From: Sedimentisphaerales bacterium
GTDB lineage: Bacteria > Planctomycetota > Phycisphaerae > Sedimentisphaerales > SM23-30
Length of the DNA: 64,000 nucleotides
Assembly (NCBI GenBank): GCA_963663965.2
Contig: CAXXFK010000028.1
Span: 448,001-512,000, forward strand
Direction: 5' to 3'
The position numbers and the translations under genes were made by a program. Position 1 is the first letter of the stretch, and each line of letters opens with the position of its first letter. Below, one piece after another: positions 1 through 11,730 of the stretch. Below the pieces are notes generated by a model. That model was given only the letters and a program-made list of their open reading frames with translations. It had not been told where the DNA came from and did no database searches.

Positions 1-303
1 CGGTATTATCGCGCCTGGATAGCTGATAGTCTGGATGGCGATTGGAAGCCAGTTCCCGGGGCCGCTTCATGGGATAATCCTTTCGCCGGGATCAACAATG
101 TGACCTTTGAAGAGGGTGTGATACCCTGGACCCGTGATATCAGCCATGGCGAGTTGATTCGTGACGGTTATGACGAAACTATGACTATCGATCTCAATAA
201 TCTCCAACTCCTTTATCAAGGCCGCGATCCGGCGATAAACACTCGCTATGACCAGTTGCCCTATCGACTTGGCTTGCTTACAATAAATCGAATTGGTAAT
301 TAG
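1..303 (+). CDS. GH62-family alpha-L-arabinofuranosidase, C-terminal part (5' end outside window)
   Basis: Frame 1 is open from base 1 and reads RYYRAWIADSLDGDW...NPFAG.NNV...WTRDISHGELIRDGYDETMTID..NLQLLYQGRDP...YDQLPYRLGLL, the characteristic GH62 C-terminus. Confidence 0.8.
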   Translation, partial: RYYRAWIADSLDGDWKPVPGAASWDNPFAGINNVTFEEGVIPWTRDISHGELIRDGYDETMTIDLNNLQLLYQGRDPAINTRYDQLPYRLGLLTINRIGN

Positions 304-511
304 ATCTCTAATTCAACCCAGGGCATTACTGAGGTTATGTTAAATCCAGTATTCAGGCTGGACTGAAGATATGGCTCGTTTGTAACCGCTGGAAATTAAT
401 AGATATCATCGATGATTGAATAAACTACTTAGTTGTCAAATATGTTTTTTCAGATTAGAACTTAACGTTCGAACAATCTGTTATTGGCAGATACAAAGTG
501 GTTCAACAAGT

Positions 512-550
512 AAAAAAGCCTTGCAATCCTCTGATTGGCAAGGCTTTACT
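512..550 (-). terminator. Intrinsic terminator downstream of tRNA-Ala (possibly bidirectional)
   Basis: Stem AAAGCCTTGC (515-524) / GCAAGGCTTT (538-547); the plus-strand A-run at 512-517 gives a U-tract on the minus strand. Confidence 0.7.
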
Positions 551-555
551 TTCAA

Positions 556-628
<73 letters not shown>

Positions 629-858
629 AGTACAGGCGTTAACACCTGTAAAACAAGTATTATATTGTCTTTATCGGAGATATCCAGTCTTTTATTGAAA
701 AAAACTTATTGGTTGAAAATGGCGAATTTATTTCATAACTAATTGCAAATATATGTGTTACGTATTTTGAACGAAAATTAGAGAATTTTAGGGATGCTTG
801 ACGCAAGTGGATATTTTTCTAAAATACTATGATTCATAAAGTGTTACTGGAGAAGTAT

Positions 859-2040
859 ATGCCTGACAAAAGAATCTATTTTGATAATGCGGCGACAAGC
901 TTTCCCAAACCAGATGCGGTTTATAAGGCAATGGACTATTATGCCCGTCTGATAGGAGCCTCAGCTGGTCGAGGTGCATATCGAGAGGCCGTTGAGTCGG
1001 GCGAAATCATTACTGATACGCGTCAACGATTAGCCAGGTTAATCAATGCTCCTGTTGCGGAATCAATAATTTTCACGTTTAACTGCACCGATGGATTGTC
1101 AATAGGGATAAAAGGACTGGTTGGGCGTTCTGGAGATCATGTAATTACCACTCGAATGGATCATAATTCAGTTTTAAGACCGTTATATCGATTGGAAAGG
1201 GAAAATGGTATTGAAGTTACCTATGTCTCGGCTGAACATGATGGATTAGTTGATCCGGATAATATCCGAAAGGCCATTCAACCCAATACCCGCCTGATTG
1301 CCGTCGTGCATGGCAGCAATGTCTGTGGCTCTATGCAGGATATCGATGCTATTAGTGGGATTGCACGAGAATATGGGGTGCCTCTATTGGTAGATGCTGC
1401 CCAGACGATTGGCCATATGAATATTGATGTTCAGGCCTTACAGATAGATATGCTGGCATTTCCAGGCCATAAAGGACTTTTAGGACCATTAGGTACTGGC
1501 GGTTTGTATATTCGCCCGGGATTTGAACAGCACCTGACGCCCCTTCGCGAGGGGGGGACCGGGAGTAAAAGCGAAGATCCGTTTCAACCGGAGATTATGC
1601 CGGACTGGTTTGAGTCTGGAAGTCATAATGCACTAGGATTGGCGGGGTTACAAGCATCATTGATCTATCTGCAGAAAAGGGGATTGGATAATATTCGCAA
1701 ACATGAAAAGGAATTAATACAATTATTTCTGGATGGGACCGCCGGGATTGATCGTTTGAAAGTCTATGGTCCGAGAACTTCGGATCGTCAGGCTGGTGCC
1801 ATTTCTGTATCGGTGTTCGGATATCCTCCCAATGCCCTGGCCGCTATTTTGGAAACCCGCTATGGTTTATTGACCCGGCCGGGATTACATTGTGCACCCT
1901 TTGCTCATCAGACTATTGGTTCATTCGATCTTGGTGGTACTGTCCGGTTTAGTATGGGGCCTTTTCTCGAAAAAGAGCATGTGAAACAGGCTGTTGAGGC
2001 TTTATTGGAAATTTCTTACAGTCCTGAGCCGGTATTTTAA
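859..2040 (+). CDS. Class V PLP-dependent aminotransferase / cysteine desulfurase family protein
   Basis: IYFDNAATSFPKP, DAAQT, PGHKGLLGP (PLP lysine), RPGLHCAP (catalytic Cys); start placed at ATG 859 behind a GGAG RBS. Confidence 0.9.
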   Translation: MPDKRIYFDNAATSFPKPDAVYKAMDYYARLIGASAGRGAYREAVESGEIITDTRQRLARLINAPVAESIIFTFNCTDGLSIGIKGLVGRSGDHVITTRMDHNSVLRPLYRLERENGIEVTYVSAEHDGLVDPDNIRKAIQPNTRLIAVVHGSNVCGSMQDIDAISGIAREYGVPLLVDAAQTIGHMNIDVQALQIDMLAFPGHKGLLGPLGTGGLYIRPGFEQHLTPLREGGTGSKSEDPFQPEIMPDWFESGSHNALGLAGLQASLIYLQKRGLDNIRKHEKELIQLFLDGTAGIDRLKVYGPRTSDRQAGAISVSVFGYPPNALAAILETRYGLLTRPGLHCAPFAHQTIGSFDLGGTVRFSMGPFLEKEHVKQAVEALLEISYSPEPVF

Positions 2041-2229
2041 TAATTTTAGGTTTTTATTCTGCCGATCTATGCTAAATATAAGCTTGAAATAGACTTAAAG
2101 TACTTAGGTCCATATAACGTTTCAGGCATGAAATTCAAAATTAAATTGGGATTTTTATGTTGGCTTGCTATGATGTTGCCAGTTAAAACCCGAAGTCATT
2201 GACGTTCGATTTAAATTCGACTGGTTGAA

Positions 2230-4209
2230 TTGTCTGATTGTGAAAATGAAGTATATGCAAAAAAAAGGAATGCTTTGTATCGTTTCTGGCGTTATTTAAG
2301 GATTATATCCGTTCATGTAGTGTTATTTGCGGTTTCGCTTTTTTTGGCGTTTATCGTAAATGATGGCATGCGCCTGGGAGATTGGTTCCCAAAACTGTAT
2401 TTACAGTGGTTTTTGGTCACTCTGGTCGTCAAACTGATTGTTTTTGGCCTGTTTCAACAATATCATGGCTGGTGGCGATATGCGAGTGTGTCAGATTTGC
2501 TTAGCATCATTAAGGCTTCACATGTATGCGTGTTGATCATTGTGCCCGGGTGGTACGTGGCCTTGAATATATTTAAAGAAAATCCATGGCCGTTCAGAAA
2601 CATGGAAGTAGCGGTTATGTTGATGGATTGGGCGGCAATGATCATGGTAGTCTGTGGTGCGCGTCTGATCATGCGTCTATATTATGAAGAGACGCAAACT
2701 TTGGAAAGTGGCCGGCTGACCCGTATTCTGATTGTAGGGGCTGGTAACGCCGGCGAAACGCTCTTACGTGAAATTCAACGCATGCCGGTCATGCAATATG
2801 ATGTGGTCGGCTTTATTGATGATGATCGTTCCAAGCAAGGGGTGCGCATTCATGGCGTACCAGTTATGGGCAAGGTTTCTGAGGTTAGGGAAATCGCTCA
2901 GAGCAAAGATGTCGATGAACTGGTTATCGCCATGCCTTCTGTCAGCCACACGAAGCTGCGCGAAGTCATTAAGTATTGTCAGGGAACCAATTTGCGATTC
3001 AGCACAATCCCGGATCTGGTTTCTATTGCTTCGGGAAAAGTCCGGGTTTCGCAAATGCGCGAAGTCGATATCAACGACCTGTTGGGGCGCGATCCGGTCA
3101 AACTCGAACTGGACCATATTCAGAATTTTTTGAAAGACAAGGTGATTCTGATAACCGGGGCCGGGGGGTCGATCGGATCGGAAATGTGCCGCCAGGTCTG
3201 CCAGTTTGGCCCCAAACAACTCATCTTACTGGAGCAGGCAGAAAACCCGCTTTTTTATATCGAAGGTGAATTACGCCGTAAATTTCCTCAGACCCCATTC
3301 CACGGAATTATTTGCGATATTTTCGATCGTGAACGGGTAAATGTTGTATTTGAAACATGTCATCCAGAGGTGGTTATTCATGCCGCCGCTCATAAGCATG
3401 TACCGCTAATGGAAAACAATCCCGGTGAAGCAGTAAAAAACAATATTTGTGGGACACGTAATATTGCCTATGCTGCCGATAAGTACAACGCGACTAACTT
3501 TGTAATGATCTCAACGGATAAAGCGGTTAATCCAACCAGTATTATGGGATCCACCAAACGGGTGGCAGAAATGGTGATTCAGGGTTTGAATGAGCGCAGT
3601 AGTACCCAGTTTGTTACGGTACGGTTTGGAAATGTTCTGGGTAGCAATGGCAGTGTGATCCCCATATTCCGCGAACAAATTGCTCAAGGCGGGCCGGTAA
3701 CGGTGACTCATCCTGAAATGCAGCGTTATTTCATGACAATCCCTGAAGCATCACAACTGGTTTTGCAGGCAGCCACCATGGGGAAAGGCGGAGAGATCTT
3801 TGTTCTGGATATGGGTGAACCGGTTAAAATTGTCGATTTGGCCCGTGAATTGATTACGTTGAGCGGTTTTCGGCCAGGTGATGATATTGAAATTCGATTT
3901 ACCGGAATGCGACCTGGTGAAAAATTATTCGAAGAACTATCGATCGAAGGCGAAGATATGCAGCCAACTTGTCATCCTAAAATTGGTATCTGGAAGAATG
4001 TCCCTACTGATGAAAAACGTTTGACTGAGGCAATCGAACAATTGGCGACATTGGCAAATCGTTGTAGCAGGGATCAGATTGTCAAATTGATTAAGGCTAT
4101 TGTGCCGGAATACTGTGGTGATGTTGATAGCTTGCAGTTGCATGAACAGCATCAAGCCAGGCGTGCTCAAAATAATGATACGAATGGGAATGGTGCTGGT
4201 CAATCTTGA
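2230..4209 (+). CDS. Membrane-bound nucleoside-diphosphate sugar 4,6-dehydratase (CapD/PglF/WbpM type)
   Basis: N-terminal TM helices, [72 protein letters not shown]. Confidence 0.92.
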   Translation: MSDCENEVYAKKRNALYRFWRYLRIISVHVVLFAVSLFLAFIVNDGMRLGDWFPKLYLQWFLVTLVVKLIVFGLFQQYHGWWRYASVSDLLSIIKASHVCVLIIVPGWYVALNIFKENPWPFRNMEVAVMLMDWAAMIMVVCGARLIMRLYYEETQTLESGRLTRILIVGAGNAGETLLREIQRMPVMQYDVVGFIDDDRSKQGVRIHGVPVMGKVSEVREIAQSKDVDELVIAMPSVSHTKLREVIKYCQGTNLRFSTIPDLVSIASGKVRVSQMREVDINDLLGRDPVKLELDHIQNFLKDKVILITGAGGSIGSEMCRQVCQFGPKQLILLEQAENPLFYIEGELRRKFPQTPFHGIICDIFDRERVNVVFETCHPEVVIHAAAHKHVPLMENNPGEAVKNNICGTRNIAYAADKYNATNFVMISTDKAVNPTSIMGSTKRVAEMVIQGLNERSSTQFVTVRFGNVLGSNGSVIPIFREQIAQGGPVTVTHPEMQRYFMTIPEASQLVLQAATMGKGGEIFVLDMGEPVKIVDLARELITLSGFRPGDDIEIRFTGMRPGEKLFEELSIEGEDMQPTCHPKIGIWKNVPTDEKRLTEAIEQLATLANRCSRDQIVKLIKAIVPEYCGDVDSLQLHEQHQARRAQNNDTNGNGAGQS

Positions 4210-4282
4210 TATTGGCCGGGACCTGCTGGATCAGGCTGTAAAGTGGTTTTTTATTAAGTTGTGTAAATTGACAGGTAGTGCT

Positions 4283-5254
4283 ATGGTGATCCGTAAACGG
4301 ATATTGATTACAGGAGGAGCGGGTTTTATCGGAAGTCATCTGGCCGAGCGTTTGCTCAATGAAGGCAATAACGTGATTATTATGGATAATTTCCATACCG
4401 GCAGTCGGGATAATATCCGCCATTTACTGGGATGTCCGGAGTTAGAGCTTTGTCGGCATGATGTCACGGAGCGTTACCTGCTGGAAGTGGATCGGATCTA
4501 TAATCTGGCATGTCCCGCATCCCCCATTCATTATCAGAGGAATCCGGTAAAAACGGTTCTGACCAATGTGATGGGAGTCGTTAACGCTTTAAAACTTGCC
4601 CGTGAGATTGGGGCCCGGGTATTGCAGGCGTCTACCTCCGAAGTATATGGCGATCCAACCGTTCATCCACAAAATGAAGCCTACTGGGGTAACGTGAATC
4701 CCATTGGTCCCCGTAGTTGTTATGACGAAGGGAAGCGGACCGCGGAGACCTTGATGTTCGATTATCATCGCGAACACGAGGTCGATATTCGGGTGGCGCG
4801 AATATTCAATACCTATGGCCCGCGAATGAGGCCGGATGATGGCCGGGTGGTCAGTAATTTTGTACTACAGGCATTGCGAGGCGAATCGATAACGATCTAT
4901 GGCGATGGCCGCCAGACACGTAGTTTCTGTTTCGTGGATGATCTGGTTGATGGTTTGATCCGGTTGATGGAGCATGACTGTTTTGTCGGCCCTGTGAATC
5001 TGGGTATGCCCAGTGAACATTCGATTGTAGAAATTGCCGAAACGATTATCAAAGCCTGTCAATCGCAATCGAAACTGGTTAATAAACCGCTGCCTCAGGA
5101 CGATCCCGTTCGACGATGTCCGGATATCTCGTTAGCCCGTGAAAAGCTTGGCTGGGAGCCGAAAGTGGCTTTTGCCGATGGCGTTATACGAACGGTGGAT
5201 TACTTTAAACCCATTGCCCGGGTTTTGGGCGCTCCGGCTAGACAACCCCGATAG
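4283..5254 (+). CDS. UDP-glucuronate decarboxylase (UDP-xylose synthase), extended SDR family
   Basis: [63 protein letters not shown]; the start is more likely ATG 4283 than 4100. Confidence 0.92.
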   Translation: MVIRKRILITGGAGFIGSHLAERLLNEGNNVIIMDNFHTGSRDNIRHLLGCPELELCRHDVTERYLLEVDRIYNLACPASPIHYQRNPVKTVLTNVMGVVNALKLAREIGARVLQASTSEVYGDPTVHPQNEAYWGNVNPIGPRSCYDEGKRTAETLMFDYHREHEVDIRVARIFNTYGPRMRPDDGRVVSNFVLQALRGESITIYGDGRQTRSFCFVDDLVDGLIRLMEHDCFVGPVNLGMPSEHSIVEIAETIIKACQSQSKLVNKPLPQDDPVRRCPDISLAREKLGWEPKVAFADGVIRTVDYFKPIARVLGAPARQPR

Positions 5255-5263
5255 AGTGAGAAT

Positions 5264-6163
5264 ATGCATTTAGAATTACGGACAGTTCCCGACAGCCAAT
5301 CCTATGCCTCCCTGATAGATCTGGCCTGGCAGGAGGATTATCATGGCTGCGATCTGACCTCGGAAGCCACTATAACTAAAGAAAAACTGGGGCGCGCAGC
5401 ACTGGTTGTTCGTGAATCTGGGGTATTGGCCGGAATGCCGATGGTGGTACAGGTGCTGAAACGTTATGATCGACAACTGGCGTTGGATATTAAAGTCAAA
5501 GATGGTGAATTGGTATCGGCCGGGCAGGCTGTTGGTATGATTTCAGGACCGGTTCGGACCCTGTTGGCGGCGGAGCGGGTCGTATTGAATTTCCTGCAAC
5601 GTTTAAGCGGGATCGCGACGCAAACACGGCGTTATGTGGCTGCGGTCTCTGGTTATCCGACACAAATCTGTGATACCCGAAAAACCACACCCGGCTGGCG
5701 GGTTCTGGAAAAATATGCCGTGCGATGTGGCGGTGGATATAATCATCGCCAGGGATTATATGATGCGGCCTTGATCAAGGACAATCATCTGGCCAGCTTG
5801 AACGCTCCGGATCTGGTTAGTGGGTTAAAACAGGCGATTCAACTGCTGAAAGCCGGCGATAAAAAACCCGCATTTATCCAGGTCGAAGTCGATACTCTCG
5901 ATCAATTGAGACAGGTTCTCTGTGTTGAAGGAATCGATATCGTGTTGCTGGATAATATGACAGATAAACAAATGGTCCAGGCAGTGGCGCTGCGGGATCA
6001 GGCTGGACTGAAAGGACGTGTTCAATTGGAAGCGTCAGGTGGAATTACATTAGAGAGATTACCGTCAATTGCCGCCACGGGCGTGGATCGGATTTCGGTC
6101 GGAGCGCTGACTCATTCAGTACGGACTTTGGATATCGGACTGGATATGATTGATGACGACTGA
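5264..6163 (+). CDS. nadC: Nicotinate-nucleotide pyrophosphorylase (quinolinate phosphoribosyltransferase)
   Basis: AERVVLNFLQRLSGIAT, DTRKTTPG, HRQGLYDAALIKDNH, EVD, LLDN, EASGGI, ISVGALTHS. Confidence 0.95.
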   Translation: MHLELRTVPDSQSYASLIDLAWQEDYHGCDLTSEATITKEKLGRAALVVRESGVLAGMPMVVQVLKRYDRQLALDIKVKDGELVSAGQAVGMISGPVRTLLAAERVVLNFLQRLSGIATQTRRYVAAVSGYPTQICDTRKTTPGWRVLEKYAVRCGGGYNHRQGLYDAALIKDNHLASLNAPDLVSGLKQAIQLLKAGDKKPAFIQVEVDTLDQLRQVLCVEGIDIVLLDNMTDKQMVQAVALRDQAGLKGRVQLEASGGITLERLPSIAATGVDRISVGALTHSVRTLDIGLDMIDDD

Positions 6164-7163
6164 GTTGATCAACTTATTGTCTTCTCAATCCGGCCAATGG
6201 TATACCCTGCGTTCCATTCAAAATCTGACCGGCTTGTCGCTGGAGAGTATTCTGAATCAAGTTGAGATCCTCAGAAAAAGCGGATACTGGATTGAAATCT
6301 CACCCGCCTTGGGATATCGATTGCATCCCAATAGTACCGGATTGACTTATGACCGGATTGAGCTGGAATTGACCACCCGTCGAATTGGACGCCGGTTGCT
6401 TGTGTATCAGGAAACCGACAGTACCAATGATGTGGTTTGGAGTTATGCCTCTGAGTTGGCGTATGGCCGTCACGATTATGACGGTCTGGCAGTATTTGCC
6501 GATCATCAGCGAACCGGGCGCGGCCGATTGGGGCGATCCTGGTTTTCCATGCCGGGCGCGGCTTTATTGGGATCGGTATTAATCTATGATGATATAGCTC
6601 GAAGAAAAATCGTATCTCAAGCGTTGTCAATTGCCGCGGGAATCAGCGCGGCTCAGGCTATTGATGAAACAGGCGGGATCGATACTCAAATAAAATGGCC
6701 CAACGATGTGTTATGGCAGTCGATGAAATTGGCCGGCGTCATGGTGGAATCTCGTCAAATAGGCGAAGAATGGGCTTATGTTCTGGGAATCGGTATCAAT
6801 TGTTCTATGGAGAATGAACACTTGCCACCAGATTTGATCGGACGCGCGGTTTCAATTAGGCAAGTTACGGGCCAACCGGTAGATCGGGAAAAATTGGCTC
6901 AAGCCTTGCTCCTGAATCTGGATCACTGGTTATCAGGATTGAGTAGTGACGCCAAGACTCGACGAAACACGATTAAGGAATTGCATGAAATCTGGGTTAA
7001 AAAGTGTATCAATATAGGCAACCGCTTAACGCTGATATGGAATAATAGAGAATTTTGTGGCCGGGTGGTAGATGTTGATATAGAACATGGGTTGCTGATG
7101 CAACTGGACAGCGGTGGCGTACGGCTGTTTGATGCGTCGACAACTACCGTGAAGCCGGAATGA
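6150..7163 (+). CDS. birA: Biotin--protein ligase with N-terminal HTH (BirA)
   Basis: TDSTN, QRTGRGRLGRSW, IKWPND, KLAGV, LGIGIN; N-terminal HTH-like segment; overlaps the nadC stop. Confidence 0.9.
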   Translation: MMTTELINLLSSQSGQWYTLRSIQNLTGLSLESILNQVEILRKSGYWIEISPALGYRLHPNSTGLTYDRIELELTTRRIGRRLLVYQETDSTNDVVWSYASELAYGRHDYDGLAVFADHQRTGRGRLGRSWFSMPGAALLGSVLIYDDIARRKIVSQALSIAAGISAAQAIDETGGIDTQIKWPNDVLWQSMKLAGVMVESRQIGEEWAYVLGIGINCSMENEHLPPDLIGRAVSIRQVTGQPVDREKLAQALLLNLDHWLSGLSSDAKTRRNTIKELHEIWVKKCINIGNRLTLIWNNREFCGRVVDVDIEHGLLMQLDSGGVRLFDASTTTVKPE

Positions 7164-7187
7164 AAAACTGCTGCCAGATAAGTTTTG

Positions 7188-8987
7188 TTACGAGTGGCTG
7201 TTTTTTTTGCCTCGATGCATTAACGGCATGAATAAGAAAAACGCTGACAAAATAGCGGTCGATATGCCGAATAGATCTCCATAAATCGAGTAAAATGAGA
7301 TCGTGGGATTCGTATGAATAGTATCCGTTAAAAAACCGCGTTGAGAACTGCGATGCCAGGGATCTTCAGGCAGGGTGCCGGCCAGTGGTGTCGCTTGGAG
7401 CGAACCATCCGGTTGGATAAAGGCTGAGATACCGCCATTGACAGCCCGGGCAATCCCAATACGATTTTCAATAGCGCGAAAGCGGCAAATGGCAAGGTGC
7501 TGGGGAATTTCCGCCAGCGCTTGAAGAGGTTTGCCATCCAGTCCGCTTTTTAAATACCAGCCGTCATTACTGATGTTGAGCAAAAAGTCGGCCTTTTTTT
7601 CCCCATCCTCAATTTGTATGAGTTTGCGGGGCATGTAAGGGATGACATCTTCATAGCAAATCGCAACGGCAAAACGAAGTTCGAGACCTTTGGGGGTCTT
7701 GAATGTGAATAGGGTGGGTGTCTTTCCGGATTCAACGCTGTAATCATATTCATAAGGAGTAAATCGCATCAATAATCGATACAGCCAGGGAATGGAGTAC
7801 TTGAAAGGAATCGTTTCGCCAAAAGGCACTAAATGCATCTTCCAGTAGGTTTCAGAATAACGGGAACCATCCGGAAGATAAAGCATGGCGGCGTTGGCTT
7901 GTTTTCCCGGTACCAGATAGCCATTATGTATTGCATATTCGAAATGGGGTGTGCCAATAAGCAGGCCTACTCCTTCTTTTGCTGTCTGGCTGAGGAGTTT
8001 GTCATACCTGCGATGAGTATCGATAGTCGCTAATATGTCTGTAATATCATATCCGGGTAAAGTGAAATTCAGGAATTCTTCGTTTAAATAAGGCGCCATG
8101 GTTTCCGGCCAGACAATCAGATCGGGCTTGGTTTCATTTTCCATGGCCATACGGGTGAGTTCAAGATGGCTGTTAAACAGGGTGTCCCATTGGTTGACAG
8201 TCGGGTCGTTGAATTCCGGTTTATTGGACTGTGGCACATTGTCCTGGATCATCGTCAGAGTCGGGCCGGTTTCGTTTGTTTTATGAATTTGATTCAGGCG
8301 AATCTGGCCGTAACCGAATACAACGAGGATGCAAGTGAAGGTGATGGCTGTCAGCCTGAAGGGGGATAGGGGCTTGGATTTGCCATTTTCTTGAGGGGTA
8401 TTGAGGGGCCGTAGCAAAAAATCGCATATCAAACCATTGGTCATGGCAAGGATAAAAGTGATGCCATAGGTTCCGGTCATGTCGGCAATTTGTATAAGAG
8501 GCAAATTATTATGCTGACTGTGAGACAAGAAAAACCAGGGAAAACCCGTCATAACAACTGATCGCAGATATTCCTGCCCGGACCAGAGCACTGGCAATAC
8601 TAAGGTTAAAGGCCAGCGTTTTTTTAGATAGATTTTTCGGATAATAAAACCGCATGCCAGATAATAAACAGCCAGATAAAGGCATAATCCCAGCCAACCG
8701 GCAGAAGTAACGGGTATAAGCCAGCGCAGTATAATCAAAAAATAAATGAGGGCGCTACCATAGAAAAGCAGTGTGCCACGAATACGGGATGCGTAGGTGG
8801 CGGCGGCGATAGCCCAGGGAGCCAGGCAAAACCAGGCCAGCCATCCCAGATTGGCTGGTTCTTGACTCAAGGCCTGCATGATTAAAGAAAATACGACCAG
8901 AATAGCAGCCGTGCGGCCTTTCAGACTGGCTCTGCGAAGGCGATAATTATCGGGTAGATTGATTTCTCGTAATGAAGATTGATTCAT
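7188..8987 (-). CDS. lnt: Apolipoprotein N-acyltransferase
   Basis: Multiple TM segments, TGFPW, VWPET (Glu), KMHLVPFGE (Lys), AICYED (Cys), NISNDGWY, RAIENR. Confidence 0.93.
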   Translation of the reverse strand: MNQSSLREINLPDNYRLRRASLKGRTAAILVVFSLIMQALSQEPANLGWLAWFCLAPWAIAAATYASRIRGTLLFYGSALIYFLIILRWLIPVTSAGWLGLCLYLAVYYLACGFIIRKIYLKKRWPLTLVLPVLWSGQEYLRSVVMTGFPWFFLSHSQHNNLPLIQIADMTGTYGITFILAMTNGLICDFLLRPLNTPQENGKSKPLSPFRLTAITFTCILVVFGYGQIRLNQIHKTNETGPTLTMIQDNVPQSNKPEFNDPTVNQWDTLFNSHLELTRMAMENETKPDLIVWPETMAPYLNEEFLNFTLPGYDITDILATIDTHRRYDKLLSQTAKEGVGLLIGTPHFEYAIHNGYLVPGKQANAAMLYLPDGSRYSETYWKMHLVPFGETIPFKYSIPWLYRLLMRFTPYEYDYSVESGKTPTLFTFKTPKGLELRFAVAICYEDVIPYMPRKLIQIEDGEKKADFLLNISNDGWYLKSGLDGKPLQALAEIPQHLAICRFRAIENRIGIARAVNGGISAFIQPDGSLQATPLAGTLPEDPWHRSSQRGFLTDTIHTNPTISFYSIYGDLFGISTAILSAFFLFMPLMHRGKKNSHS

Positions 8988-9043
8988 GGTATCAGATCAG
9001 GATAAATCCGTATCGGGATTCAGTCTTGGGAATTTTATGAGCT

Positions 9044-9880
9044 TTATTGTGGGTATCCCATTTCCTGTCGCAAGAGAACCCTCAATTGTGAGGCGAGCGG
9101 GGTATGCCCGGATGCCGGAATAATGGGGTGGCGGTCTACTTCTACAATATTAGTTACCTCCGTAGAAGTGCCTGAGAGGAATAACTCGTCAGCTTGCAGC
9201 ATTTGTTCTTTGGTAAATGATTCTTCTCGAACCGCCAGGCCTAGTTGAGGAGCCAGCTTGATGAGGTATGACCGGGTGATCCCCGGTAAGATATTTGCTG
9301 AAAGCGGCGTAGTCCACAACTGATGGTCTTTAATCATAAATACCGTGCTGCTGGTGGATTCTGTAACCAGATCATCGTCGGTAACAAAGATGGCGTCATC
9401 ACATTTGGCATGGGTTGCGGCATGGCGTGCCATAACATTAGCCAGAAGATTAAGCGATTTAATATGACAGCGTTTCCAGCGAATATCTGGATAAGTCATG
9501 ACTTTGGCGGTATGGGCTCTGTCTTTGTGGGGCCGAATCGTCAGGAAAAAATTCGGTTCGAAATCATCTTGATAATCATGGTTCCGGACATATGAACCCC
9601 GGGTTATGTGAAAATATACCAGCGCTTCCGGGATATTGGCTTCAGCCAGTGCCCGGTCTATTCTGCGGCCGATCTGAACCAGGTCAACCCGATGAAGCAT
9701 ATCCATATCTCTCAGGCTGTTTTCCAGGCGGACCATATGTTCAGACCGGGCAAATAACGATCCATTGCAAAAGCGGATAGCCTCATAAACGCCGTCTCCA
9801 AAATAAATTCCCCGGTCATGGGCGCTGATTTGCGCCTGGTTGATTGGAACGATCATGTCGTTGATCATGGCGATTTCCAT
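9044..9880 (-). CDS. Class IV PLP aminotransferase (D-amino-acid aminotransferase-like)
   Basis: DRGIYFGDGVYE, ITRG, RWKRCHIKSLNLL.NV, ILPGITR, ADELF; start at ATG 9880 with GGAG RBS. Confidence 0.88.
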   Translation of the reverse strand: MEIAMINDMIVPINQAQISAHDRGIYFGDGVYEAIRFCNGSLFARSEHMVRLENSLRDMDMLHRVDLVQIGRRIDRALAEANIPEALVYFHITRGSYVRNHDYQDDFEPNFFLTIRPHKDRAHTAKVMTYPDIRWKRCHIKSLNLLANVMARHAATHAKCDDAIFVTDDDLVTESTSSTVFMIKDHQLWTTPLSANILPGITRSYLIKLAPQLGLAVREESFTKEQMLQADELFLSGTSTEVTNIVEVDRHPIIPASGHTPLASQLRVLLRQEMGYPQ

Positions 9881-10066
9881 ACAGTTAACTCCAGTGTTAA
9901 ATGAAAAATCCATTTTTCAATGACGGTTTTTGAACAAAAACCGGCCAGCACAGTATAATAATATCATCTTTATGTGACAAATTAATTGCATGGAAGATTA
10001 TTGGTAACATGGGAAGTTGTATGGATTGTCTTGACATAACATGTTGTAAATGCTATAAATACGATT

Positions 10067-10330
10067 ATGTTTGAACTGTGTGCCATAGTGAGTGGGCTTA
10101 AGAAACATCTCCCCCAGAGTATTCTCTGGATGGCATTGACGATCATCACCCTTTTATTGGGTGGTATCGCGATTATGTATATAAGGAAAAAAATACGGAG
10201 TTCAATAGAGGATAAAAATTCACAAGAGGCCTTTAAACTTGACGATTTAAAGAAAATGAGAGACAATGGCCAGATTAGCGAGGAAGAGTTTAAGACTCTT
10301 CGGGCCAGAATGATACAAAATATGATGTGA
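10067..10330 (+). CDS. Small single-TM protein with SHOCT-like C-terminus
   Basis: One hydrophobic helix, then LKKMRDNGQISEEEFKTLR (SHOCT pattern); lies directly upstream of clpX. Confidence 0.7.
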   Translation: MFELCAIVSGLKKHLPQSILWMALTIITLLLGGIAIMYIRKKIRSSIEDKNSQEAFKLDDLKKMRDNGQISEEEFKTLRARMIQNMM

Positions 10331-10372
10331 ACATAACCTGTTTATTGATAACAGGCTAGATAGGAGAGATAC

Positions 10373-11665
10373 ATGGCTAGTGGCCGTCGTACCAGTAATG
10401 GAACCGGAAACCGTCGTCGCAGCAGCCTCTGTAGTTTTTGTGGTAAAAGCGATAGAGAGGTAGGTCCAATAATCGAGGGGCCAGATTCTGTTTCGATATG
10501 TGGTTATTGTGTAGAACTCTGTAATAATATTATCGAACAGGAAAAGCGTAAAACCAGACGCTTTCAAACGGATATTCCCACGCCTAAAAAAATTAAAGAA
10601 TACCTGGATCAGTATATCATTGGCCAGGATTATGCCAAAAAATGTATTTCGGTTGCGGTCCATAATCACTATAAACGTTTATCCTATACGGATACCAAAG
10701 AAAATGATGATGTTGAAATTGAAAAGAGTAACATATTATTAATTGGCCCAACCGGTAGCGGAAAAACCCTGCTGGCCAGAACCCTGGCGAAATTCTTAAA
10801 TGTACCGTTTGCCATAAGTGATGCAACTACTTTAACCGAAGCGGGTTACGTTGGTGAAGATGTTGAAAATATCCTCTTGCGGCTGTTGCAGGCGGCAGAA
10901 TACGATATCGAGGCGGCTCAGCGCGGAATTATCTATATCGATGAAATTGATAAAATCGGTAAGACTAATCAGAATGTCAGTATTACCCGTGATGTATCAG
11001 GGGAAGGCGTTCAACAATCTTTATTGAAGATATTGGAAGGAACAATTTCGAATATCCCGCCGCAAGGTGGCCGCAAACATCCTGAACAGCAATATATTCA
11101 AATGGATACGACTCAGATCCTGTTCATCTGTGGCGGAACGTTTGCCGGTTTAAAAGATATTATCAAAAAAAGATTGGGACGTCAGCGTATCGGATTTGGC
11201 GCTGAAGAGGCTGAGCAACGCAGCGAAATGGAAATTACCGGCGATGTCTTTCGTTCGGTTATACCGCAGGATCTGGTGCATTTTGGTATGATTCCAGAGT
11301 TAATAGGTCGATTGCCGATTATATCGAACCTGCTGGAATTGGATGAAGATGCCCTGGTTCGTATTATTACTGAACCCAAAAACGCATTAATCAAACAATA
11401 TCAGAAATATTTTGAGATTACTGCTGCTGAACTGGAATTTACCGAAGGTGCTTTAAGAGCGATTGCAAGAAGGGGCATGAAACGCGATGTTGGTGCCCGG
11501 GCATTGAGAGGGGTATTTGAAGAATTAATGCTCGATTTGATGTATGATCTTCCAGACCAGAAATCCGGTCAGAAATTTATCATTACCGAAGACATTGTGG
11601 ATGGTCGGGCTGATGTCGGATCGTCATTACAGAAAGAGCGCGGCACCAAAAAAGAACCTGCCTGA
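10373..11665 (+). CDS. clpX: ATP-dependent Clp protease ATP-binding subunit ClpX
   Basis: CSFCGK zinc finger, [46 protein letters not shown] loop. Confidence 0.97.
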   Translation: MASGRRTSNGTGNRRRSSLCSFCGKSDREVGPIIEGPDSVSICGYCVELCNNIIEQEKRKTRRFQTDIPTPKKIKEYLDQYIIGQDYAKKCISVAVHNHYKRLSYTDTKENDDVEIEKSNILLIGPTGSGKTLLARTLAKFLNVPFAISDATTLTEAGYVGEDVENILLRLLQAAEYDIEAAQRGIIYIDEIDKIGKTNQNVSITRDVSGEGVQQSLLKILEGTISNIPPQGGRKHPEQQYIQMDTTQILFICGGTFAGLKDIIKKRLGRQRIGFGAEEAEQRSEMEITGDVFRSVIPQDLVHFGMIPELIGRLPIISNLLELDEDALVRIITEPKNALIKQYQKYFEITAAELEFTEGALRAIARRGMKRDVGARALRGVFEELMLDLMYDLPDQKSGQKFIITEDIVDGRADVGSSLQKERGTKKEPA

Positions 11666-11695
11666 GAGATTAGGCATTGATGGCAAATGGATTAG

Positions 11696-11730
11696 CCGAT
11701 CTTGACAAAGAGCAAGATCGGTTTTTTATT
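11696..11730 (+). terminator. Intrinsic terminator after clpX
   Basis: CCGATCTTG / CAAGATCGG stem followed by TTTTTTATTTT. Confidence 0.8.

Noticed and set aside
4100..4282. N-terminal extension of UDP-GlcA decarboxylase
   Set aside because: It overlaps the upstream gene; family similarity starts at ATG 4283
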